Below are positions 13,950 through 24,080 of a DNA stretch of 36,418 bases, one piece after another (within the stretch, counting starts at the first letter, position 1; every line of letters begins with the position of its first letter). Location of the stretch: the NCBI GenBank assembly GCA_026396515.1, contig JAPLWQ010000003.1:357569-393986 (forward strand), given 5' to 3'. The position numbers were made by a program, and so were the translations under genes. Source of the DNA: Candidatus Magasanikiibacteriota bacterium (GTDB taxonomy: Bacteria > Patescibacteriota > Patescibacteriia > Magasanikbacterales > GWA2-37-8). The notes beneath the pieces are model-generated. The model was given only the letters and a program-made list of their open reading frames with translations. It did no database searches and was not told where the DNA came from.

Positions 13950-16471
13950 ACACTAATTCTTTTATTCAGGTATTTTATTAGAACTCCGGCTATAATACTC
14001 ACTGAAAAAGCTGCGGCAAAAACCGCGGAAAATAATTTAAACGAAATAGAAGTAAAATGAAACAATTTAATTAGCGGTGGAGCGATAACTATAACCAGCA
14101 ATACAGCTAACATAAACAATCCAATGCCGGTGAGGGTCAGATTATTTTTTATTTGGCGCCATTCTCGCGTAGAGAATACAAGCATTATCTGCGAGATCAC
14201 CAAGGAAATAAATGTCACCGTGCGAGCCAGCCATAAATCGCCTACCAGATACGCAAAATACCAATAAAACCCGAAAGTGACGATCAAAATCGCAATCGTC
14301 TGAATGATGATCTGCCGCCACAAATATGCTGGAATTAGCGGCTCATTCGCCGGGCGCGGGGGTACGCGCATTATATTTGCCGGGGCTTTTTCGTTTTCAA
14401 ATCCCAAAACAGAGGCGGGGTCACAAATAAGCTCTAAAAATATTATATGAATCGGTAAAAAAATTAGAGGCTGGCCGAACAAAAGCGGCACAACGGCGAG
14501 CGCAACAATCGGCAAATGAAAGGATATGAGAAAAACAAAAGCCTGCTGCAAATTTCTATAAATTTTTCTGCCTTCCTTTACCGCTCGGGCGATCGTAAAA
14601 AAATTATCATCAAGCAATATCATATCAGCCGCCTCACGCGCCACTTCCGTTCCTTTTCTGCCCATAGCCACGCCGATATCGGATCTTTTTAGTGCCGGAG
14701 CGTCATTAACGCCATCTCCGGTCATAGCCACGATCTCGCCGTTTTTTTGCAGCGCTTCAATAATAAGAAATTTATGTTCCGGTCTGACCCGGGAAAAAAT
14801 GTTATGGCGAATAACCGCTGTCTTAAGAGCGGCCGGCGACATCTGCTGCAGTTCGTCACCGTCTTTTATCTCGTCGCTATGATGCAAACCAATGCTTTCG
14901 GCTATAGTGTGAGCTGTAAGTTTATTATCTCCGGTAATCATTATTACTCTAACACCGGCTTCTTGACACATGGCTATTGCTTCTCTGACTTTCTCGCGCG
15001 GCGGATCCTCCATTGCGAGAAGGCCGACAAATAACAAGCCGCTTGCTTCAATTTTGTCATTATCAGAACATGCTTTTGTCGCGAGAGCAATAACGCGATA
15101 TCCTTTTTTCGCCATTTGTTCGTTGACGGATAAATATTTTTCTTTTAGAGCATCATTTGCCGAGCATGATTTGATTATTGTTTCCGGCGCACCAACCGAA
15201 TATTGGGCGCACTGATGACCGGATTTTTCACACCACAAATGATGAACCATCTTTGTATCCGCATCAAACGATGTCTCGCGTATTAACTCATAGCGATTAA
15301 AGTAATCATTTAAATCAATGCCGATTTTTAACGCATACCTCTGCATTTCAATCTCCAGCGGGTCAGTAGCAACGCGTTCAAGCGACAGTACCGCTATTTT
15401 TACAAGATCCACGATCTGTTGGTCTTTCAGCTGTTTGCCGTTAATCTTTATTTGCCGGTCATTATAAAAAACTTCTCTCAGTGACATTCTTCCTTCCGTA
15501 AGTGTTCCGGTTTTATCCGTACATATAACCGTGGCGGAACCAAGAGTCTCAACCGTGACCATCTGACGGACAAGCGCATTTTTCTTGGCCAATCGCCAAA
15601 CACCCATTACAAGAAAAACACTAAAAACCACTGGGAATTCTTCCGGAATAAGCGACATTGCCATGGATAGACCGCCGAGCAGACCCTCTTTGAGCCCTCT
15701 GGTAAACCAAAGTAATATGAACGTAAGCAGGGCGGCGGATATCGCCATCGTTGCCACTCCCCTGATTAATCGTATTATTTTTTTCTGTAGCGGAGTTTTC
15801 TGACTGACAATTTTTTCCAAAAGCGATCCAAGCTGTCCATATTCCGTTTTCTCTCCAGTCAGCATTACCAAAAACTCGGCATCACCTTGAGACACAAGTG
15901 TGCCCTGATATAATTTGTGCTCACCGGATATTTCGCTCAAATTCTCAGGCAATTGTTTTTTCGTGGCAGGCATCGACTCGCCGGTTAATACGGCCTCGTC
16001 AACCATCAATCCGTTGCCATATAAAATGTATCCGTCTGCCGGTATTTTGTCTCCGGCAACCAAATGAACCATATCGCCGGGAACCAAATTTTTTACACCG
16101 AGCGTGACAAGGCGTTTATCACGGTAAACCTTGCACATTTCTTCAAGCATTTTGTCCAGTTCAGCTACGGCGCGGTCAGTGCGTTGTTGTTGTAAATATT
16201 GGATAAAACCAATCGGTATTACGGAAAAAGCAAAAATTACCGCTTCAATCATTTCACCGATAAAAAAATAGACGATTGAGGTGGTTATAATCAAAATCAT
16301 CATCGGCTCGCCGAGAATATCGCGAAGTCGTTTTATCCAGGTGCGTTTTTTAGCACGCAGGCGAAAATTAGGGCCATAAATTTTCAGCCTTTCATCAGCA
16401 TCCGCCGAACTTAATCCGGCGTATTTGCGTTTTGCGCCAATTACGGCAAGTAAAATTTCACTATTATTCAT
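13946..16471 (-). CDS. Cation-transporting P-type ATPase (P2, Ca2+/Mg2+-type)
   Basis: Motifs TGES, ICTDKTGTLT (phosphorylation site), MITGDN and MTGDGVNDAPAL. There are about 10 TM segments. It overlaps rlmN by 4 nt. Confidence 0.85.
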   Translation of the reverse strand: MNNSEILLAVIGAKRKYAGLSSADADERLKIYGPNFRLRAKKRTWIKRLRDILGEPMMILIITTSIVYFFIGEMIEAVIFAFSVIPIGFIQYLQQQRTDRAVAELDKMLEEMCKVYRDKRLVTLGVKNLVPGDMVHLVAGDKIPADGYILYGNGLMVDEAVLTGESMPATKKQLPENLSEISGEHKLYQGTLVSQGDAEFLVMLTGEKTEYGQLGSLLEKIVSQKTPLQKKIIRLIRGVATMAISAALLTFILLWFTRGLKEGLLGGLSMAMSLIPEEFPVVFSVFLVMGVWRLAKKNALVRQMVTVETLGSATVICTDKTGTLTEGRMSLREVFYNDRQIKINGKQLKDQQIVDLVKIAVLSLERVATDPLEIEMQRYALKIGIDLNDYFNRYELIRETSFDADTKMVHHLWCEKSGHQCAQYSVGAPETIIKSCSANDALKEKYLSVNEQMAKKGYRVIALATKACSDNDKIEASGLLFVGLLAMEDPPREKVREAIAMCQEAGVRVIMITGDNKLTAHTIAESIGLHHSDEIKDGDELQQMSPAALKTAVIRHNIFSRVRPEHKFLIIEALQKNGEIVAMTGDGVNDAPALKRSDIGVAMGRKGTEVAREAADMILLDDNFFTIARAVKEGRKIYRNLQQAFVFLISFHLPIVALAVVPLLFGQPLIFLPIHIIFLELICDPASVLGFENEKAPANIMRVPPRPANEPLIPAYLWRQIIIQTIAILIVTFGFYWYFAYLVGDLWLARTVTFISLVISQIMLVFSTREWRQIKNNLTLTGIGLFMLAVLLVIVIAPPLIKLFHFTSISFKLFSAVFAAAFSVSIIAGVLIKYLNKRISV

Positions 16472-16479
16472 GGCAAAAA

Positions 16480-18702
16480 TTATACGGCTTCGATTATCTT
16501 TTTTGCGAGCGAATTCATATCTAACCCGGCTAAAGCAATTACCTCCGAAGCGCTACCGGATTTTAAATATTTATCCACGCCAATGCGCCTCTCTACAGAA
16601 TCGTGCGTTAAAAATATCGGGTCTAAAAATCCTTTCCAGCCATTGTGCACTGTTACTATATCTTTCTTGTCGCTTTCGGAAATAATTTTTTCCGCTTTTT
16701 TTGGGTTTACTTTAACCAGATCGGAAAATAACTGAGGAGATGTGACGGCAACAACTTTCACATCAATCCCCTGCTTTGTTATTTGCGGTAAAGCGTTCAA
16801 AACATTTTCGATCATTTTCGGTCCGCAAACGGCGATAGTTATTTTTTTACCGCCACTATTTTTGTAAGCGGATAAAATATAGGCTCCGTCGTTCGCGGCG
16901 GACGCGGGATTTGCGGTGGAACGCTTTAGAACCGGCGTTTTTTCGCGCGGCAATGCCAGTACCACCGGTTCGCCATTTTTCAGCGCGCCGAATAGCGTTT
17001 CAATTGTTTCGTTGGCGTCCGACGGCTTCAACACTTTTATCCCGGGATAGGCGCTGAACAAAGACATCCAGTACATACCCTGATGCGTTGGGCCGTCTTC
17101 CCCGGTCTCCGGCCCGTCATGCGTTGCGAGAGCGATAAAAAAACCGGCTGTGCGCGGATTTATTGCGTTGTTTATCAGGGCTAAATGCATGGCATGGCCA
17201 TACATAGCGGTAAATACGCCATAGGTGCCAAAAACTGAGACCGGCTTAAAATCGCCCGGCAAAATGTCCTGCGTTAAAGCCATGGACATCATGGCCATAT
17301 TTTGTTCGGCGATACCGTATCTGACTCCCCTGCCAAACGGATTTTTGGCATTTATTATTCCATAAACTTGTTCCGCCGATTTTGTGCCGGTTGAACCGCT
17401 CAAATCGCCCGCTCCGGCGTAAAAAAATGCCGTTTGCTTCATCAGCCAAGCAAACCATGCACCGGCCGCATGGCGCAAACTTATATTATCGCCGGCGTTA
17501 AAAACCAACTCCGGCGGCAAGGCCTTCGGCCGCTCAATTGAACACGGGTCGACAAATTTTCTGTTTTTTAAATTTTTTTTCATCCGTTCAATCAATTCCG
17601 GTTCTGCCTCAAGTTTTTCCGACATAACCGCAAATCTTTTTTCAATATATTCGCAATCTTCTTCCTTAAGCGATTCAAGAATAGTTTCCAGGTCATCAGC
17701 CGCCCTGTCGGAATCCCCGTTTATGGAAAATCCGAGTTTGCGCATAAGCTTTATATACTCATCATGAACGATCGGTGAACCATGCGAAGCCGGCGTATTC
17801 GACAATTTGCCGTACTCTTTACCTTTTATCGTATGCGCGATAACTACTGTCGGCCGATTATTTTTAAATCCTTTGCGGGCCATGTCATAGGCGTAGAGGA
17901 GCTCATTGATATTATGGCCGTCAACTTCAATCACATTCCAGCCAAAACCGTGCCAAAGATTCGTGTATGGCGCAGCCATCGCCTCTTCTATCGGTCCATC
18001 AATGCCAAAATGATTGTAATCTAAAGAGACGATAATATTATCAATTCCGCTCGCCACCGCCACATTGCGAGCTTCATAGGTCATACCCTCTTCGCTTTCA
18101 GCGTCGCCCATCATTACCCACACTTTTGTGGACAGCGCGCTTGAGTGGTGTGAAAGAGCAATACCAAGCGCGGCACTAAAGCCATGGCCGGACGGACCGG
18201 TGGAATAATCGCAAAACGGGTATGTGCTTTCAGCGTGTCCCGGCAAACCATCACTACGGCGGAAACGCAAAAGCTGCTCGGGTAAGACACAGCCAATTAC
18301 GGCTTCGGAAAACTGTCGCCCGGTGCGGCGCAAGGCTTCGTAATACAAAGCCTGCCCACCGAAAAGAAGCGGGGTGCAATGGCCGGCGCTCCAAATCATC
18401 CGGTCGCGGCCAGGGTGTTTTGGCTCTGCCGGATCAAAGACGAGCGATCCGCCCAGGGTAAGAGCCAAAAACTGCTCCACTTTGGAACTACTGCCGCCCG
18501 GATGGCCGGACTGAGCATTTTCCACGGTCACAAAAATTAAACCACGGATTATTTTAGCCATTCTTTCCAACCTTTCGATTTGTATATTTTTGAATGGTGC
18601 CAGTTTAGCACCCCGTAGATCAATATATTCTCCTTCCGATTTTTTTACATCTTTCATATTAATTTTTTGACCGCTAAAAAGTGGTTTTTTGGCATAGTAC
18701 AT
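16480..18702 (-). CDS. tkt: Transketolase, single-chain, with an N-terminal extension of ~45 aa
   Basis: Contains the SGHPGGSSS thiamine-diphosphate motif and a GDAESEEG region, with pyrimidine-binding and C-terminal domains in one ORF. An alternative start is M16 (MKDVKK). Confidence 0.8.
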   Translation of the reverse strand: MYYAKKPLFSGQKINMKDVKKSEGEYIDLRGAKLAPFKNIQIERLERMAKIIRGLIFVTVENAQSGHPGGSSSKVEQFLALTLGGSLVFDPAEPKHPGRDRMIWSAGHCTPLLFGGQALYYEALRRTGRQFSEAVIGCVLPEQLLRFRRSDGLPGHAESTYPFCDYSTGPSGHGFSAALGIALSHHSSALSTKVWVMMGDAESEEGMTYEARNVAVASGIDNIIVSLDYNHFGIDGPIEEAMAAPYTNLWHGFGWNVIEVDGHNINELLYAYDMARKGFKNNRPTVVIAHTIKGKEYGKLSNTPASHGSPIVHDEYIKLMRKLGFSINGDSDRAADDLETILESLKEEDCEYIEKRFAVMSEKLEAEPELIERMKKNLKNRKFVDPCSIERPKALPPELVFNAGDNISLRHAAGAWFAWLMKQTAFFYAGAGDLSGSTGTKSAEQVYGIINAKNPFGRGVRYGIAEQNMAMMSMALTQDILPGDFKPVSVFGTYGVFTAMYGHAMHLALINNAINPRTAGFFIALATHDGPETGEDGPTHQGMYWMSLFSAYPGIKVLKPSDANETIETLFGALKNGEPVVLALPREKTPVLKRSTANPASAANDGAYILSAYKNSGGKKITIAVCGPKMIENVLNALPQITKQGIDVKVVAVTSPQLFSDLVKVNPKKAEKIISESDKKDIVTVHNGWKGFLDPIFLTHDSVERRIGVDKYLKSGSASEVIALAGLDMNSLAKKIIEAV

Positions 18703-18727
18703 AAAAAAATTCAGCTTGCTAGCTGAA
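18703..18727 (-). terminator. Terminator-like hairpin plus T7 abutting the tkt ATG
   Basis: The minus strand reads TTCAGCT-agca-AGCTGAA (18727-18710), then TTTTTTT (18709-18703), then ATG (18702). It lies 36 nt downstream of the LtaS-like stop. Confidence 0.5.
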
Positions 18728-18763
18728 TATATTTTAGCATTTTAAGCTGAAATAAACAACCGC

Positions 18764-21043
18764 TTAACTGCCGGAAAACCACAGCCTCCCCTGCTCAAAC
18801 ATCAAGCGCTTCCATCTGAAATAGTTTAGATATTCACAGAGCGTGAGCGGAGCATCCACGTTCGTTCCAATAGCGATATTGCGGCAGTCAATATCAACCG
18901 GCGGCGAGTAGTCAATTTGGCGCGAAGATGACCCGGTCTCCTGATTTATCCACAAACCAAATTCATGCATACCAAGCATGTTCGGATATTTTTCGCGATC
19001 GTCAAAAATGGAATGGCCTTCAAATGAGTTCGGCCCGTTTATTCCAAGCACCTGCATTACGGTCGGCGCGAAATCCATAGCCGAGCTCATTGTGGAAACC
19101 TCTTTCGGCAGAATCGTTTCCGGGATATACATTTGAAACAATATTTCATCATAGAAAGTCATTTTGCCCGCCACGTCCGGAAAAAATCTTTTTTCATAGG
19201 CCGTGGGAAATACGGCATGATCGGCAATGGCTATTACTATGGTATCAGAGGCGAATTCACTAGCTTTAAACTTCTCCCAAAATATTCTAAAAGCATCATC
19301 AGTGGTATGGAACGTATTTAACAATAAATTTTTACCATCGCCATATGGCACGGCATCTTTAACAAGATCAAAGGGCGGATGGGTGTCCACAGTAGAAAGC
19401 ATAAGTAAAAACGGTTCTTCTTTTTTCGCTTCCTTGTTCTTCATTTCATCAAACAAAACCGGAAACATCTGATGATCGGAATATCCCCAAGACAAGGGCT
19501 CACCGGAAATCCTATGAGAGAGTTCATCCGTACCCCACGTTTCCTCTACACCCATACTGGCCAAAATTGAATCCTTGTTGGCAAAATCCTTATCAATAGC
19601 GGTGATGTATAAATTTGACAGATAACCGTTTTTTTTCAATGCTTCAGGCAAACAATATAAATAGACACTCTGCAAATGTTTATCTTGTTCAATTTCATTG
19701 TGTCCGGTCGGCGGCAATATGCTGCACAGTTCCGATATCAGGCCAGTGACGGTTGGAGTTGAGGGGTTGAAAACATTTCTGAACACTGTCGTATTCTTGT
19801 CTTCCGCCATAGCGTTTAACCCCGGTGTAACATTTTTCATATCCGGGTTGTACGGACCGGTAAGCCGGGCGGAAAATGATTCAAGAAAAACAACCACAAT
19901 ATTTGGCCGCTGGCCGGCAAACTTCCCGGGCAGCAGCTTCTTATCGCTTTGATACACAACGTCATGATTGTTTATATAGAAATCAGTTGTATCGTGAAAA
20001 ATACCAAACCGCTCCAATTTTTTCTGGACCACCGGGTTGAGCTCGGCTCGCGGGTCGGCGCCGCGCCAATTATCATAAAAAGATTTTATGATTAGCGCCT
20101 CCGGAGTGTTGCGGAGCGAGGCGATGGTAAAAAAAGCGATAAGCGATAACGCAATTAAAGCGATATCATAATAATACCATTGGCGTACGCCGGAAAAACG
20201 GTGCGTCTTTACGAACCTGATGACGATCAGCAGAAAAATCGAGCTGACGAGCATGTACAGGACGATCAAAAATATGGTGGTGGATAAAAAAACCATTTCA
20301 CCGCCGTTTCCCGCGTGCTCCATCACAACCGGGTTTAAATACAAACCGGTATGATATAAAACTCCCACATTGGCCGCACCGACAAGAATAGAAAACAAGA
20401 AAAAAGCAATCCAAAAATATAAAAATAGGAAACGCACTTTACTCTCAAAAAACATATAAAGCAAGCTGGCAAAGGCGAAACCGCAAAGCCAAAAAGCGGC
20501 AATGGCTACCGACCGAAACAATACAATATTGTAATATTTAATGTTTGAGTCAAGGATATAGTGAGAAAAAGCAAAATATTGCAGGACAGCGTTTATCAGA
20601 AAGATAAATGCGGAAAGAATAAAAAAAGCCCGGCCGGCTTTTCGCCAGCCCTCCGCCGGATGACGGGCCAAATACGCATCCAACCGTGAGTATAGAAGCA
20701 CTGATATGATAGAGAAATATATCAGGCTGATCAGTTCATTGCGACTGAAAAATACCAAAAAATACAAAGAGGCAAGCAAAAAAAGCTCGTCTAAAAAAAT
20801 AAAAAATTCATCGCGCCAAAACGGGTGGCGCTCAAAGCGATTCACTAAATATCTATAAACCCATCTGATGAGACGCAGGCCAACGAATACGGCGACCCAT
20901 ACGCCAATAGAAACGATTACAAATCGCGTGTGAGGACGGAGAGGAAAATGATACCACTGCCAACCGGCAGTAATAAAAAAAGCTGCAGCTAAGTTTTTAA
21001 CTGCGCTTGTCAGGCCGGGAAATTTATTGAGTAATGCTGCCAT
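18764..21043 (-). CDS. Polytopic membrane protein with an extracytoplasmic sulfatase-family domain (LtaS/phosphoglycerol-transferase-like)
   Basis: The N-terminal ~330 aa has many TM segments. It is followed by an alkaline-phosphatase/sulfatase core (NIVVVFLESFSA..., STVDTHPPF). The start overlaps the hpf stop by 1 nt (TAATG). Confidence 0.75.
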   Translation of the reverse strand: MAALLNKFPGLTSAVKNLAAAFFITAGWQWYHFPLRPHTRFVIVSIGVWVAVFVGLRLIRWVYRYLVNRFERHPFWRDEFFIFLDELFLLASLYFLVFFSRNELISLIYFSIISVLLYSRLDAYLARHPAEGWRKAGRAFFILSAFIFLINAVLQYFAFSHYILDSNIKYYNIVLFRSVAIAAFWLCGFAFASLLYMFFESKVRFLFLYFWIAFFLFSILVGAANVGVLYHTGLYLNPVVMEHAGNGGEMVFLSTTIFLIVLYMLVSSIFLLIVIRFVKTHRFSGVRQWYYYDIALIALSLIAFFTIASLRNTPEALIIKSFYDNWRGADPRAELNPVVQKKLERFGIFHDTTDFYINNHDVVYQSDKKLLPGKFAGQRPNIVVVFLESFSARLTGPYNPDMKNVTPGLNAMAEDKNTTVFRNVFNPSTPTVTGLISELCSILPPTGHNEIEQDKHLQSVYLYCLPEALKKNGYLSNLYITAIDKDFANKDSILASMGVEETWGTDELSHRISGEPLSWGYSDHQMFPVLFDEMKNKEAKKEEPFLLMLSTVDTHPPFDLVKDAVPYGDGKNLLLNTFHTTDDAFRIFWEKFKASEFASDTIVIAIADHAVFPTAYEKRFFPDVAGKMTFYDEILFQMYIPETILPKEVSTMSSAMDFAPTVMQVLGINGPNSFEGHSIFDDREKYPNMLGMHEFGLWINQETGSSSRQIDYSPPVDIDCRNIAIGTNVDAPLTLCEYLNYFRWKRLMFEQGRLWFSGS

Positions 21044-21396
21044 TATATTTTGTATTCCTTTTCAGAGCGGACCAGACGTTTATCTTTTTTTATTTTCTCC
21101 CGTTGTAATATTTTATGCTTTTTCAGCTCACCTTCCAGATAGTCGCGCACTTTGTCTATCGCCTTATACAAATTTTTTTCATTTTTTGAGGCAAAAAGAT
21201 CCACGCCCGGCACATCCAGCCGGCATTCACACATAAATATATCCCCTTTCAAATGATGATCGGTTTCTTTACCCACCTTTACATCGGCCTTCAAAATGCG
21301 ATCATAAAATTTTTCCAGCCCGCCGATCTTTTTTTCTATATAGCTTTTTATGGGCTCGGTAAGCTCTATTCCCCTGCCTGTAATCTGTATATTCAT
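21043..21396 (-). CDS. hpf: Ribosome hibernation-promoting factor / RaiA family (short form)
   Basis: The 117-aa protein starts MNIQITGRGIELTEPIKSYIEKKIGGLEKF...DVKV, the typical HPF/YfiA N-terminal domain. Confidence 0.85.
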   Translation of the reverse strand: MNIQITGRGIELTEPIKSYIEKKIGGLEKFYDRILKADVKVGKETDHHLKGDIFMCECRLDVPGVDLFASKNEKNLYKAIDKVRDYLEGELKKHKILQREKIKKDKRLVRSEKEYKI

Positions 21397-21423
21397 AAAC
21401 GATGAATTAATATTAAAGCGTTT

Positions 21424-22371
21424 TTACTTAACTATTTCCACTTCCGGAACCAACTCTACTCCATATCTATTATATACTTTTTCTTTAACGGCTTCAACCA
21501 CGGCGATGATGTCGGCTTGTGTCGCGCCTCCGTAATTGACGATGAAATTCCCGTGTTCTTGAGAAACACCGGCTCCGCCAATTTGAAAACCCTTCAAACC
21601 TAATTCTTCAATCAGATAACCGGCGGGAATTGTCCCCCGCTCGCGATATTGCGCCGGCAGAAGGCCTGGCTCGCCCGGCCAATTCGCAAGTTTAATATTC
21701 TTAAAAAAACTGCCTGCCGAAGGAAGCGCGGGGTGACGGCCATGGCGGCCGGCTATATTATCACTGGTTAGCCTAAGGATTTCTTTTGCGTCTCCGGGCG
21801 AGAACTTAAATATTATACGTAATATTACTCCTCCATCTTTCTTAAAAATGCTGTTGCGGTAGCCAAAATCACATTCGTTTCTTTGTAACGATATTATTTC
21901 ACCGTCTTTCCAGATATAAACATCCTCTATACTCTGCGACGTGTCGCTACCCATGGCTCCGGCATTTCCGCGAACCGCGCCGCCGACTGTTCCCGGAATC
22001 CCGGCCGCCCACTCCATACCAGTAAGTGAATTTGCCGCCGCAGCGCTGACGAGTGATGAAAAACTTGCTCCCGAATCGCAAACAATTTTTCCACCTTGGC
22101 AATCCAATTTATTGGTCTCAACGGAAATTACAACCCCTTCAAAACCATTGTCCGACATAAGCACGTTTGATCCGCCGCCGAGAATAAAAAAAGGCACGCC
22201 TTCGCCGGATAAATAACTTAAAAGACCGACTAACTTATCATTGTCGTTCACAGAAACCAAATATTCAGCCGGTCCGCCGACTTGAATAGTGGTATGCTTT
22301 CGCATCGGCTCGTTTAGCCTGACGCGGCCGTATTTTTTCAGCTCTTTGTAAAGCTCATTCATACTTGCCAT
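21424..22371 (-). CDS. murB: UDP-N-acetylenolpyruvoylglucosamine reductase MurB
   Basis: FAD-binding PCMH domain (ILGGGSNVL, GIPGTVGGAVRGNAGA) and a MurB C-terminal domain (SAGSFFKN, GNFIVN). Confidence 0.85.
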   Translation of the reverse strand: MASMNELYKELKKYGRVRLNEPMRKHTTIQVGGPAEYLVSVNDNDKLVGLLSYLSGEGVPFFILGGGSNVLMSDNGFEGVVISVETNKLDCQGGKIVCDSGASFSSLVSAAAANSLTGMEWAAGIPGTVGGAVRGNAGAMGSDTSQSIEDVYIWKDGEIISLQRNECDFGYRNSIFKKDGGVILRIIFKFSPGDAKEILRLTSDNIAGRHGRHPALPSAGSFFKNIKLANWPGEPGLLPAQYRERGTIPAGYLIEELGLKGFQIGGAGVSQEHGNFIVNYGGATQADIIAVVEAVKEKVYNRYGVELVPEVEIVK

Positions 22372-22373
22372 TT

Positions 22374-22402
22374 TTGATATTTTGGGCTATGATTTATACA
22401 TT
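22374..22402 (+). promoter_or_regulatory. Candidate promoter TTGATA-N17-TACATT for the ATP-grasp::Nudix operon
   Basis: TTGATA at 22374-22379 and TACATT at 22397-22402. ATG 22416 is 13 nt downstream of the -10 box, so the mRNA is nearly leaderless. Confidence 0.5.
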
Positions 22403-22428
22403 ATATTGGAAAATTATGACGCTGGCAA
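22400..22428 (-). promoter_or_regulatory. sigma70 promoter TTGCCA-N17-TATAAT for the murB operon
   Basis: The minus strand reads TTGCCAgcgtcataattttccaaTATAAT. The -35 box is at 22428-22423 and the -10 box at 22405-22400. It lies inside the first codons of the divergent ATP-grasp gene. Confidence 0.6.
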
Positions 22429-24080
22429 ATAGCGCAAAAAACGCCCTGAAAAAGAAGCTTGGAACAAAGCGGCTTTTTTATGTCTGTCGCGATATTGAAC
22501 GCGCTGAAGCGTCGCTTCTACTCGGGCTAAATAACTTCTATATTATTTCCAATGACAGCTATTACGGCCGCCAACTGTCAAAAAAGAATCACCACATAAT
22601 ATTGATCAAAGAAAAAAGGATTTTGGACACGCGCGAACTTTTGACAAGCGCCGCGGCTAAAAAGATTATCAGGCGATTCGATAATATCATGGTCTTTAAA
22701 CCGACCGCTCAGATTGAAGAAACCTGCCGGGAACGCGGATGGAAACTGCTCAATCCACCCGCCGCTCTGGCCGGACAAGTGGAAGAAAAAATTTCGCAAG
22801 TTAAATGGCTGGGAAAGTTAAAAAAATATTTGCCGCTGGAAAAAATTGATATCTTAAAGAGTATCAAATGGAAAAGCCGCAAGTTTATTTTGCAGTTCAA
22901 TCGCGCTCATACCGGCAGCGGCACTATACTCATTGATTCAAGGGTAAAACTGGACAAATTGAAACAACAATTTCCCAGTCGCGAAGCCCGTGTTTCCCGC
23001 TTCGTTGACGGGCCCTGCTTCACGGTTAATTGCCTTGTTTGGGGTAAGCGAGTATTAGCCGGAAATATCAGTTATCAGATAACCGGACTTAAACCGTTTA
23101 CCGACAACCCATTTGCCACAATAGGCAACGATTGGACTCTGCCAAAAACTTTGCTTTCAAAAAAGCAAATTACTGAAATCAAAAAAATTGCTGACGAGGT
23201 GGGAAAAAAATTACGGGCCGATGATTGGCAAGGCCTGTTTGGTATAGACATTTCATTGGATAGCCGAACCGGACGAGTATATTTAATTGAAATTAATGCC
23301 AGACAACCGGCTTCTACAAGTTTTGAATCCATTCTGCAAAATGATGTGCACACAAAAAACGGAGCAACCATTATGGAGGCGCACTTGATGGCTCTGCTTA
23401 ACTGCCCGCCAAAAAAATTTCAACTGATAAAAATTTCTAACGGAGCGCAGCTGGTGCAGCGCGTGACTGCCGCAACACCGCATCTGACAGAGCCATATTT
23501 ATATAAACCGACAAAGTTCAAACATATTCGCTATGAGAACATTAAACCGGACAGTGATTTAATGAGGGTTCAGACGCGCTTCGGCATAATGGAAAGCCAT
23601 AACAATCTGAATGAACACGGAAATGAGCTGTCAATTTTTATCCGTTCCGGAAAAACAAAAAGGATTTTCAACGGACCTCGCGCCGGAATGATAATTATTA
23701 AGAATGGACGATTGCTTTGCATCGAAAGAGACCGTTTCGGCTACCACTACTTCACCCTACCGGGCGGCACTTTGGAAAATAGGGAGAAAGAGCAAGAAAC
23801 CGCTCGCCGCGAAATTCTGGAGGAAACCGGTTTAAAAATTGGCATTGATGTCACAAAAACACCTATAGTAGTAGAGGGGTCCCGTCATGAAACATATTTT
23901 TGGGCCGAAAAAGCAAAAGGCCGTGTACGATTAGGCGGCCCTGAAAGAGAGCGCAACACTAACGGTAACCACTATTCGCTAAAGTGGATAAAAATTTCAG
24001 ATATTAAAAAAATTAATCTTTTACCTTCGGAATTAAAAAAAGGTCTGATAAAAATATTTAGGAAATATGCTTTCGCCTAA
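22416..24080 (+). CDS. ATP-grasp ligase fused to a C-terminal Nudix hydrolase
   Basis: ATP-grasp core GLFGIDISLDSRTGRVYLIEINARQPAS. A perfect Nudix box G-x5-E-x7-REUXEEXGU (GTLENREKEQETARREILEETGL) lies at 23766-23834. I chose ATG 22416 because the ORF-track start at 22365 would overlap the murB start and the promoter. Confidence 0.8.
   Translation: MTLANSAKNALKKKLGTKRLFYVCRDIERAEASLLLGLNNFYIISNDSYYGRQLSKKNHHIILIKEKRILDTRELLTSAAAKKIIRRFDNIMVFKPTAQIEETCRERGWKLLNPPAALAGQVEEKISQVKWLGKLKKYLPLEKIDILKSIKWKSRKFILQFNRAHTGSGTILIDSRVKLDKLKQQFPSREARVSRFVDGPCFTVNCLVWGKRVLAGNISYQITGLKPFTDNPFATIGNDWTLPKTLLSKKQITEIKKIADEVGKKLRADDWQGLFGIDISLDSRTGRVYLIEINARQPASTSFESILQNDVHTKNGATIMEAHLMALLNCPPKKFQLIKISNGAQLVQRVTAATPHLTEPYLYKPTKFKHIRYENIKPDSDLMRVQTRFGIMESHNNLNEHGNELSIFIRSGKTKRIFNGPRAGMIIIKNGRLLCIERDRFGYHYFTLPGGTLENREKEQETARREILEETGLKIGIDVTKTPIVVEGSRHETYFWAEKAKGRVRLGGPERERNTNGNHYSLKWIKISDIKKINLLPSELKKGLIKIFRKYAFA

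Noticed and set aside
22365-22415. The ORF-track start at 22365 for the ATP-grasp::Nudix gene
   Set aside because: It would overlap the divergent murB start codon and lie upstream of the candidate promoter. The extra 17 residues (MPFLIFWAMIYTLYWKI) are hydrophobic and look like read-through of AT-rich intergenic DNA. ATG 22416 is preferred.
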